This document shows, one piece after another, positions 18,279-25,009 of a stretch of DNA of 34,957 nt. Within the stretch, counting starts at the first letter, position 1, and the number at the start of each line of letters is the position of its first letter. The stretch covers positions 1 to 34,957 of the forward strand of contig JAZDLM010000006.1 of the NCBI GenBank assembly GCA_043801895.1, read 5' to 3'. Source of the DNA: a bacterium (GTDB lineage Bacteria; Patescibacteriota; Kazan-3B-28). Below the pieces are notes generated by a model that was not told the DNA's origin, ran no database searches, and saw only the letters and a program-made list of their open reading frames with translations. The position numbers were made by a program, and so were the translations under genes.

Positions 18279-18328
18279 GAGAGCGATTACACACATGCGC
18301 TAAACAGCGCGAATACCAAAATGCTCTC
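18279..18328 (+). repeat. Array module 2
   Basis: Edge GAGAGC/GCTCTC; gattacacacat; inner GCGCT-aaac-AGCGC; gaataccaaaat. Confidence 0.65.
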
Positions 18329-18385
18329 CGGCAAGGCGGTTTTAGTACTGGCCCAGCTAAGGTCGTGTATACCATTGCCTTGCCG
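18329..18385 (+). repeat. Array module 3
   Basis: Edge CGGCAAGGC/GCCTTGCCG; ggttttagtact; inner GGCC-cagctaa-GGTC; gtgtataccatt. Confidence 0.65.
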
Positions 18386-18420
18386 CTCTCTCTCGGGTAT
18401 CCAATTTGCTTGGATGTTCG

Positions 18421-18479
18421 AGAAAGGGCGAGCACGTGATTGCGTTGGGTTAACTAGCGCGGAGAGCCCCATGCCCTCT
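18421..18479 (+). repeat. Array module 4
   Basis: Edge AGA(aa)GGGC/GCCCTCT, bulged and the weakest edge; gagcacgtgatt; inner 18442-18460; ggagagccccat. Confidence 0.5.
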
Positions 18480-18480
18480 G

Positions 18481-18533
18481 GCCGAGCGGATAACACCTTG
18501 GCGGCGTTGCCGTCGATGCGGTTGCCGCTCGGC
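18481..18533 (+). repeat. Array module 5
   Basis: Edge GCCGAGCGG/CCGCTCGGC; ataacaccttgg; inner CGGC-gtt-GCCG; tcgatgcggttg. Confidence 0.65.
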
Positions 18534-18574
18534 CTCTCTCGCTGGTTGCGAAAATCTAACTTAGCAGTCAACGA

Positions 18575-18632
18575 GAGGGCGCGTCCACTCGTATGCATCT
18601 TCCCAAGGATGCGGGGTTACAACTGCGCTCTC
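18575..18632 (+). repeat. Array module 6
   Basis: Edge GAGGGCGC/GCGCTCTC with one G.U; gtccactcgtat; inner GCATC-ttcccaag-GATGC; ggggttacaact. Confidence 0.65.
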
Positions 18633-18635
18633 GAC

Positions 18636-18693
18636 GGGCGAGGCGAATCAGGTACTGACCACTTATGTGGCCGTCAGGAGCCATGCCTCGCCC
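18636..18693 (+). repeat. Array module 7
   Basis: Edge GGGCGAGGC/GCCTCGCCC, identical to module 1; gaatcaggtact; inner 18657-18672; gtcaggagccat. Confidence 0.65.
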
Positions 18694-18733
18694 CCTCTCT
18701 TGAGAAATTGATTTGAATCATCGATTTTTCCAG

Positions 18734-18785
18734 AGAGGCGCGGTGGCCAAAATGCTCAACTGAGCGATTGACGAGTTGCGCTTCT
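18734..18785 (+). repeat. Array module 8 (minimal, 36 nt between edges)
   Basis: Edge AGAGGCGC/GCGCTTCT with one G.U; ggtggccaaaat; inner GCTC-aact-GAGC; gattgacgagtt. Confidence 0.7.
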
Positions 18786-18789
18786 ATCC

Positions 18790-18853
18790 GGGGTAAGTCG
18801 AAAGAGCTTCTGGTCCCTGTTTACAGGGATCGATTGTAATCGTGGCTTACCCC
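18790..18853 (+). repeat. Array module 9
   Basis: Edge GGGGTAAG/CTTACCCC; 13 nt tcgaaagagcttc; inner 18811-18832 (TCCCTG-ttta-CAGGGA core); 13 nt attgtaatcgtgg. Confidence 0.6.
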
Positions 18854-18892
18854 CTTCTCTAGAGCGGCGGATTTAGGGGTCGGCTCCTCTAG

Positions 18893-18944
18893 AGAAGCGC
18901 GAGTACATTGCTGCTCAGCCGAGCGAAGGTAATAATGCGCTTCT
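18893..18944 (+). repeat. Array module 10 (minimal, 36 nt between edges)
   Basis: Edge AGAAGCGC/GCGCTTCT; gagtacattgct; inner GCTC-agcc-GAGC; gaaggtaataat. Confidence 0.7.
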
Positions 18945-18956
18945 AATCAGGCCCCA

Positions 18957-19007
18957 TGCGGCGAACTCCGTCATGCTTCAACTCGAAGCGCTGAGAGCAG
19001 TGCCGCA
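18957..19007 (+). repeat. Array module 11
   Basis: Edge TGCGGC/GCCGCA; gaactccgtcat; inner GCTTC-aactc-GAAGC; gctgagagcagt. Confidence 0.65.
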
Positions 19008-19024
19008 ATTGAGGGCTGTTAACC

Positions 19025-19089
19025 GGAGCGGGATGATTACCAAGGTGCCTTGCCGATTGGGCAGAGCGAAGAGTTTGTTATCCCGCTCC
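19025..19089 (+). repeat. Array module 12
   Basis: Edge GGAGCGGGA/TCCCGCTCC; tgattaccaagg; inner 19046-19068; aagagtttgtta. It is followed by CTCTTTTTTC. Confidence 0.6.
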
Positions 19090-19113
19090 CTCTTTTTTCA
19101 TTACAATTAAGCC

Positions 19114-19785
19114 ATGACCATCGCCGGAGTTTTTCTTATCAATAAACCAGTCGGTATCACTTCGCATGATGTAGTGGATCGTCTGCGGAAGATTACCGGC
19201 GAACGAAGAATTGGCCACGCCGGAACTTTGGATCCGGCGGCGGAGGGCTTAATGATAGTAGCCATCGGTCGCGAGGCCACCAAAACCCTGAGCCGATACA
19301 GCGGGCTCGGTAAAACTTACGAGGCAGAAATTACTCTTGGGTACAGTAGCTCGACCTACGATCGTGAGGGCGAGCTGGTTAAAGTGTCCGACGCGCAGCC
19401 GTTATTGGAACAGGTCGTACCCGTGGTTAAAAGCTTTATTGGCAAACAAGAGCAGATGCCACCGATCTTTTCGGCTAAGAAAATTGGCGGCAAGAAAGCC
19501 TACGACCTAGCTCGGGCAGGTCGGGCGGTTACGCTGAAGCTGCAAGCAATCGAACTATACAGTATAGAAATATTGGGCTACCGATATCCGGTCCTAAAAC
19601 TGCGCGTCGCGGTTTCCTCGGGTGCTTATGTTAGATCGTTGGCTTACGATTTGGGCGTTAAGCTGAGAACGGGTGCGTATCTCTCCGCGTTGAAGCGGAC
19701 TCGAGTGGGAGATTATGAGTTGGCTCGGGCAGCTGATTTGGATAAATTGTCCACACCAGCGGATTTACTAGCAGCCAAAATCTAG
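19114..19785 (+). CDS. truB: tRNA pseudouridine(55) synthase
   Basis: GITSHDVV and the GHAGTLDPAAEGL catalytic-Asp motif. Length is typical of a minimal TruB. Confidence 0.9.
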   Translation: MTIAGVFLINKPVGITSHDVVDRLRKITGERRIGHAGTLDPAAEGLMIVAIGREATKTLSRYSGLGKTYEAEITLGYSSSTYDREGELVKVSDAQPLLEQVVPVVKSFIGKQEQMPPIFSAKKIGGKKAYDLARAGRAVTLKLQAIELYSIEILGYRYPVLKLRVAVSSGAYVRSLAYDLGVKLRTGAYLSALKRTRVGDYELARAADLDKLSTPADLLAAKI

Positions 19786-19839
19786 CCCACCTTGCCCGAC
19801 GGAGCTTTTTTATTTAGGCTGAGGGGGCCAAGTTAAACT

Positions 19840-20328
19840 ATGAAATATTTCTATTGGACTCTCACTATTATCGTTATCGCCATATTGGGCTATGGCTATA
19901 CTTTAAATCCCGGGGGCGATAAAAAAGCGGAGACCAACAGCCCAGCACCCAGGCCTACTCGCGAAGTGGTAGTTTATCTTAGTAAAAATGATGCCAACAA
20001 GATCGTGCCGGTGGCGGTGAGTCGGTTGGTAGTCGGTAAGACTGACGCGGAGGTGGCGCTGGCCGCGCTGCGCGAACTAGTGAAGGGCCCGACCCTTGCG
20101 GAAATCGACCAGGGCTATTTAACAGCTATTCCCGACGGGGTGGTGGTAAATAGTGTCAGTATAGAAGGCGATACCGCCATCGCGGATTTTAATGACAAAC
20201 TCGATACCCCGACCAGCGGGGCGCCTTTGATTACCACTATAATCCACGACCAAATTGTCGGCACGCTCCAGCAATTTGCTAAGCAGGTCAAAATTACCAT
20301 CGGTGGGAGTAGAAAGGCAAAACTATAA
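19840..20328 (+). CDS. GerMN domain protein
   Basis: TM helix plus LRELVKGPTLAEIDQGYLTAIP...IEGDTAIADFNDKL. It is a paralog of 10457-10969. Confidence 0.7.
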   Translation: MKYFYWTLTIIVIAILGYGYTLNPGGDKKAETNSPAPRPTREVVVYLSKNDANKIVPVAVSRLVVGKTDAEVALAALRELVKGPTLAEIDQGYLTAIPDGVVVNSVSIEGDTAIADFNDKLDTPTSGAPLITTIIHDQIVGTLQQFAKQVKITIGGSRKAKL

Positions 20329-20335
20329 ACAAAAA

Positions 20336-20355
20336 AGGCGACCTGGGGGTCGCCT
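20336..20355 (-). terminator. Hairpin terminator between convergent genes
   Basis: AGGCGACC-tggg-GGTCGCCT. The U-run is present only on the minus strand (AAAAAA on the plus strand at 20331-20336). Confidence 0.6.
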
Positions 20356-20375
20356 GTCTGATGATCGAACAGGTG

Positions 20376-21254
20376 CTAGTTGGGGAATAAGTTCCCGGTC
20401 AGCTCGTCCTTCCTCCCCCCGCGCTTGGGAGGAGTGGCGCCACGGACCCGCGGCTGAGTGCCCGGCCGGTGATATCCTCGCCCTAAGTCGAGCGGGTGGT
20501 CCATCGCCAGAAGTAGACTCTGCTTGAGGAGTGGCAGCGGGGTCAACCCGCTGATGTAGGAGAGATCGGGGGACAGCAGGTTGTAATGGATGATGGTACC
20601 AACCACTAGCCCGAGCTTCCGTTCAAGAGTGGCCGTGGCCACTGCGATGCCGGTCGGGGCCTGAGAGAACGCCTGGAACTGCTTCTCGAATTCCCGGGCT
20701 CCGCCGTGGAGTTGGGCTATTGTCCCGCTGGCGGAATAGGGGAAGAGCGCGGCGGCGATCTCAGCTGCTCCGACTTTAGTGGTGCAAATCACCAAAGTCT
20801 TTTGCTCGCCGAGTGCGGCCGCGATCCGCACTAGCTTGACCATTTTGGGATGGGGATGCTTCTGGTTGTGTAAGCTTCCCCAAATCCCATTGAAGTCAAG
20901 CTTCTGCCGTAGCCGATGGCCGGCATCGGTGTCGTCGTGGTGTATGATCTGCTCGGCGTAACGCAGGGCGGCCTGCGGCGTTTCCGCAATCGCCCAGCGA
21001 ATCAGGCTCCACACCCGCCGATACTCGGCGACGAGCGTCCTCCGGTCGGCGAATAGCTGATGCCCAGGGTATTTTGCGATGAACTTCTCGAGCGTTTCGA
21101 TCCGCGAATTGGTCATCAGCCCGTCCTCGCTAACCTCGAAGGACATCTCGCAGCCGCGAAGCTGCTCGACGATGTCGAGTAGTAGTCGTCTGGCCATGGC
21201 CCACATCGGTTGAAGGCTACCGAGCGGGAGCAGGTAGGTGATGTCAAACTGCAT
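20376..21254 (-). CDS. Hypothetical protein with a helicase C-terminal (RecA2)-like segment
   Basis: GGAGG RBS 5 nt before the ATG. KTLVICTTKVGAAEIAAAL...LHGG...AFSQAPTGIAVATATLERKLGL...IIHYNL resembles SF2/SNF2 helicase motifs IV-VI. I see no Walker A/DExx lobe. Confidence 0.55.
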   Translation of the reverse strand: MQFDITYLLPLGSLQPMWAMARRLLLDIVEQLRGCEMSFEVSEDGLMTNSRIETLEKFIAKYPGHQLFADRRTLVAEYRRVWSLIRWAIAETPQAALRYAEQIIHHDDTDAGHRLRQKLDFNGIWGSLHNQKHPHPKMVKLVRIAAALGEQKTLVICTTKVGAAEIAAALFPYSASGTIAQLHGGAREFEKQFQAFSQAPTGIAVATATLERKLGLVVGTIIHYNLLSPDLSYISGLTPLPLLKQSLLLAMDHPLDLGRGYHRPGTQPRVRGATPPKRGGRKDELTGNLFPN

Positions 21255-21335
21255 CTCAACCTCCAGAACAGTATACTTTAATTATACGCTTCTGGAGCGG
21301 AAAAATCAAGCCCCCCAGTGGGGTATAATGGGAAC

Positions 21336-22781
21336 ATGGCGAAAAACCGGCTGCAAGGTAAGCGAGTGGCGGTGATCGGGCTGGGGCGCGAGGGGGTTGA
21401 GCTGGCGCGGTTTTTGGCTAAACAAGAGGCTCGCGTCACTATATTGGATCGGGCATCAGCCAAGCAGCTTGGTAAAAATTACCAAGTAATGAAAGCAGTC
21501 GGCATAGATTTTGAATTGGGCGACAAATATTTAGATAATCTGGCTAGTTTCGAAATCGTCTATCGGAGTCCCGGCGTGCCGTTAGAATTGCCGGCGTTAA
21601 AACAAGCGCGCAAGCGGGGCGTTGAAATAAGTAGCGGGACAAAATTATTTTTAGAGCTGTGCCCTGCTAAAGTTATTGGCATTACTGGTACAAAAGGTAA
21701 ATCTACAACCGCCAGCCTGGTCCACCATTTACTTAGAGGTAGCCTCTCCCTCCTTCGTTCCGCTAAAGCCGGAACTACGGGCGGGCAGGCGGCAACTCGG
21801 GGCAACAAAGAAAAGTCTAGAGTGTATATGGCTGGCAATATTGGCCATTCGCCGCTGCCGCTACTGGGTAAATTAAAACGGAGCGATTGGGTGATACTAG
21901 AGCTGTCTAGTTTTCAATTAGAAGATATGACGACTAGCCCCAACATCGCGGTATTACTAAATGTGGTACCCGAGCATCTGGATAGGCACAAGACGTTCTC
22001 TCGGTATCTGGCTGCTAAGAAGAATATTTATTTGTATCAGAAAAGAGGTGATTGGTTGGTGGCGTCGCAAGATTTTCCTGTTCTGCGGCAGGCAGCTAAG
22101 GAAACTAGGGCTAGGGTTTTCCCCTATTCTACCCACAAAATTTTGCGCAAGGGGCTGTATTTGGCTAAGGGTGAGATAGTTTATCGCCAGCTAAATAATG
22201 GGAAACGCCAGTCGATCGCCCCGATCGATAAAGTTCCGATCCGAGGCGAGCATAATCTGCAAAATGTGCTGGCCGCCATTGGGGTGGCGATCCTGGGGAA
22301 AATTAAGCCCACCCAAATTGCTAAACGATTAGCCTCGTTCAGGCCGCTGCACCATCGTCTCGAGTTGGTGCGCGAAATCGGCGGGGTGAGATTCATTAAT
22401 GACTCACTGGCTACCACTCCTGAGGCTGCTACTGCCGCCGTGCAGACCTTTGACGGCGAGGATATCGCTCTGATCGTGGGCGGGGTTTATAAAGGAGGCG
22501 ACATTAGGCAGCTAGCTCAAGTTATCGAGCGACACAGCGCAATTTATGTGGCATTGATCGGGGAATCGGCCAACCGATTCGCCAAAGTGCTGGCTCAGTG
22601 GGCGCCGTCGGTGCATTATGAAAAGTCTAAAGATCTCAAACAGGCGATCAAGGCAGCCTATGCTAGCGTGAAAGCGGATGGAGGAGTAGTAGTCTTGGCT
22701 CCGGCGTGTGCTAGCTTTGATATGTTCAAGGACGCCTATGATAGAGGCGAACAATTTAAGATAATAGCAAAGACCCTATAA
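21336..22781 (+). CDS. murD: UDP-N-acetylmuramoylalanine--D-glutamate ligase
   Basis: KRVAVIGLGREG Rossmann motif, GITGTKGKSTT P-loop and a Mur-ligase C-terminal domain. The track start is GTG 21318; ATG 21336 lies 6 nt after a TATAAT, so the mRNA may be leaderless. It contains an insertion of about 25 aa after the P-loop. Confidence 0.9.
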   Translation: MAKNRLQGKRVAVIGLGREGVELARFLAKQEARVTILDRASAKQLGKNYQVMKAVGIDFELGDKYLDNLASFEIVYRSPGVPLELPALKQARKRGVEISSGTKLFLELCPAKVIGITGTKGKSTTASLVHHLLRGSLSLLRSAKAGTTGGQAATRGNKEKSRVYMAGNIGHSPLPLLGKLKRSDWVILELSSFQLEDMTTSPNIAVLLNVVPEHLDRHKTFSRYLAAKKNIYLYQKRGDWLVASQDFPVLRQAAKETRARVFPYSTHKILRKGLYLAKGEIVYRQLNNGKRQSIAPIDKVPIRGEHNLQNVLAAIGVAILGKIKPTQIAKRLASFRPLHHRLELVREIGGVRFINDSLATTPEAATAAVQTFDGEDIALIVGGVYKGGDIRQLAQVIERHSAIYVALIGESANRFAKVLAQWAPSVHYEKSKDLKQAIKAAYASVKADGGVVVLAPACASFDMFKDAYDRGEQFKIIAKTL

Positions 22782-22794
22782 ACACTATTGGAAT

Positions 22795-23982
22795 ATGAGA
22801 CCATATCATCGGCAAGATTACTATCTGGCCACCACCACTTTTTTGCTGGTGATTTTTGGTTTGATCATGGTGGCCTCTGCTTCCGTGGTGCAATCCTACG
22901 AAATCGCAGGTTCCAATAATTTTTACCTACTGCGTCAGGCCGGGTTTGCCTTGGTCGGAATTATCCTCTGGTGGATTTTGCAGAAGATCGACTACCACTT
23001 ATGGAAACGGTTCGCCACTATCGGCCTTGGCATCGCATTGGTTTTGTTGGTTTTAGTTCTGATCCCCGGCCTCGGAGTAGAGGCTGGCGGTGCGCGCCGG
23101 TGGGTGGGCTTTGGCATATTTACGCTGCAAGCCAGCGAGGTGACAAAGATCGCGCTGATCCTGTATTTAGCGTACTGGTTCGAGAAGAAAGGCCAGCGCA
23201 TTACCGATCTACTCGGCACTTTTCTGCCGTTCGTGGCGGTAATCGGGATAATCTTTTTGTTGGTCATGCAGGAGCCGGATTTGGGCACAGCCGTGGTGAC
23301 AGCCTTGGTGGCCGGCACTATGTTTTTGGGGGCCGGTGCCACTTGGGGGCAACTGGTCACGCTGGGCGGCGGCGGGATCGCTGCGATGATGTTTCTGATC
23401 TACGCTGCGCCGTATCGCCTGCGGCGGCTATTGACCTTTTTAAACCCCGGAGCGGACCCGCTGGGTTCGGGCTACCATATTAACCAGGCGCTGCTGGCAG
23501 TGGGTTCGGGCGGGCTATTCGGCTTGGGGTATGGGCACAGTCGGCAGAAATTTAATTTTCTGCCCGAGGCATCGTCTGACTCGATCTTCGCGGTTATCGC
23601 CGAAGAACTGGGTCTGATCGGCTCAGTATTTTTGGTGATCCTCCCATTTGCGGTGATTATTTGGCGAGGGCTGATCACCGCCAAAAAAGCGCCCGATATG
23701 TTTGGCCGGATGCTGGCGCTAGGGTTAACTTCGTGGATCGGCTATCAAGCCGTCATCAATATCGGTGCGATTATCGGCTTATTCCCGCTAACCGGCATCC
23801 CGCTACCATTTATTAGCCAAGGCGGCAGCTCGTTGGTGATCATGTTGATAGCCAGTGGTATACTCTTGAATATTTCTAAGCAAACTGTTAAAACGACTGA
23901 AGATGAAAGTCCTCTTGGCGGGTGGTGGGACTGGTGGTCATATTTTGCCAACGCTAGCAGTCGCCGCCGCCCTACAAAATAA
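22795..23982 (+). CDS. ftsW: SEDS-family peptidoglycan glycosyltransferase (FtsW/RodA)
   Basis: About 10 TM helices, PEASSDSIFAVIAEELG and FISQGGSS motifs, and dcw context. Confidence 0.9.
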   Translation: MRPYHRQDYYLATTTFLLVIFGLIMVASASVVQSYEIAGSNNFYLLRQAGFALVGIILWWILQKIDYHLWKRFATIGLGIALVLLVLVLIPGLGVEAGGARRWVGFGIFTLQASEVTKIALILYLAYWFEKKGQRITDLLGTFLPFVAVIGIIFLLVMQEPDLGTAVVTALVAGTMFLGAGATWGQLVTLGGGGIAAMMFLIYAAPYRLRRLLTFLNPGADPLGSGYHINQALLAVGSGGLFGLGYGHSRQKFNFLPEASSDSIFAVIAEELGLIGSVFLVILPFAVIIWRGLITAKKAPDMFGRMLALGLTSWIGYQAVINIGAIIGLFPLTGIPLPFISQGGSSLVIMLIASGILLNISKQTVKTTEDESPLGGWWDWWSYFANASSRRRPTK

Positions 23983-25009
23983 GCAGCCCGGGATCGAACT
24001 GCTATATGTCGGTTCGCGCCGACCGCAGGACAGAGAGTTGGTCGAGGCAGCCGGGATCCCGTTTCAAGCGATTTCTGCCGGAAAACTCCGGCGCTATTTT
24101 GCGTTGGAGAATATTGCTGATCCGTTCAAGTTTATGCGCGGAGTCTGGGAGGCCGGTGTGATCCTCAAGCGATTTCGTCCGCAAGTGGTTTTTGCCAAGG
24201 GCGGCTATGTATCGTTGCCGATAGTGGTGGCGGCTGGGCATCTGAACATTCCTGTGATCGTTCATGAGTCGGACAGTCGTTTGGGGCGGGCGAATCGATG
24301 GGCTTTAAGATCGGCGACTAAATTGGCGCTGGCGTTTCCGATCGAGGAGTGCATCAAAAATTCTCTAATTCCGGAGTCCTATCGAGCAAAGTTGGTTTAT
24401 ACCGGTTTGCCGATCGGACGGGATTTGTGGGAGGGCTCGAGAGAACCGTTATTTCATAACGGCAAACCGATCGTCATGATTTCAGGGGGCTCGCAAGGCG
24501 CCTCGGCAATTAACGATCTAGTCTGGGGAGTTCTGCCGCAACTTGCCAACCGATACGATCTGATCCATCAGGTAGGCGAAGCGCATCTGTCGGCAGCCAC
24601 CGAACAACAGCAGGGGCTACCAGCTGATTTGCAAAACAGCTACTTGCCCTTCGGTTTTGACCGGCAGCTGCACCGCCGCGGGCTCCGCCTAGCTGATTTG
24701 ATCGTTGGCCGCGCCGGCTCGTCAATTTTTGAATTTGCGGTGTTGGGTAAGCCCACGATCCTTATTCCTCTGCCGGTCAAGATCGGGGACGATCAAATTC
24801 GTAACAGCCGATTTATTGAACAACTTGGCGCGGCAGTCGTCCTTGATCAAAATGGACTGACCAGCGAGAAATTGCTGGCGGCCATCGATGAATTGATGAC
24901 CGATACCGATAAATGTAAGATGATCGCTAGTCAATTAGCCGAACTGGGTGCCAAATCGCGCGAGGCGGCCGAGGCAGTCGCCCAATTGATTCTTTCAACT
25001 GTTTCATGA
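23903..25009 (+). CDS. murG: UDP-N-acetylglucosamine--N-acetylmuramyl-(pentapeptide) pyrophosphoryl-undecaprenol GlcNAc transferase
   Basis: GGGTGGHILP N-terminal motif and a GT28 C-terminal domain (GRAGSSIFEF). It overlaps the ftsW 3' end by 80 nt. Confidence 0.9.
   Translation: MKVLLAGGGTGGHILPTLAVAAALQNKQPGIELLYVGSRRPQDRELVEAAGIPFQAISAGKLRRYFALENIADPFKFMRGVWEAGVILKRFRPQVVFAKGGYVSLPIVVAAGHLNIPVIVHESDSRLGRANRWALRSATKLALAFPIEECIKNSLIPESYRAKLVYTGLPIGRDLWEGSREPLFHNGKPIVMISGGSQGASAINDLVWGVLPQLANRYDLIHQVGEAHLSAATEQQQGLPADLQNSYLPFGFDRQLHRRGLRLADLIVGRAGSSIFEFAVLGKPTILIPLPVKIGDDQIRNSRFIEQLGAAVVLDQNGLTSEKLLAAIDELMTDTDKCKMIASQLAELGAKSREAAEAVAQLILSTVS

Larger units (their letters stand above)
18181..19099 (+). 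ncRNA. Tandem array of 12 dual-12-nt-loop hairpin modules (TIGR-like / box C/D-like / bridge-RNA-like guide array)
   Basis: No credible ORF in this region. There are 12 consecutive modules of the form edge stem / 12 nt / inner hairpin / 12 nt / edge stem. Stems co-vary, G.U pairs fit only the + strand, and the 12-mers vary while stems are shared. The array ends in CTCTTTTTTC. Confidence 0.7.

Noticed and set aside
18247-18716. Track ORFs inside the array region (18247-18435 minus, 18251-18439 plus, 18273-18716 plus, 18287-18598 minus)
   Set aside because: They overlap one another on both strands, have no RBS and have Arg/Ser/Cys-rich junk-like composition. The region is fully explained by regularly spaced RNA-type hairpins.
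18145-19113. CRISPR array
   Set aside because: There are no identical direct repeats of 24-40 nt. The conserved parts are short inverted stems that co-vary rather than repeat, and no cas genes are present in the window.
16521-19113. Ordinary active IS110-family insertion sequence with a single bridge/seek RNA
   Set aside because: The protein seems to lack the Ser nucleophile and most DEDD residues in my by-eye alignment. The flanks contain many similar modules rather than one two-loop RNA, and no element boundaries or duplications are visible. I keep this as an alternative hypothesis to be tested, not as the call.
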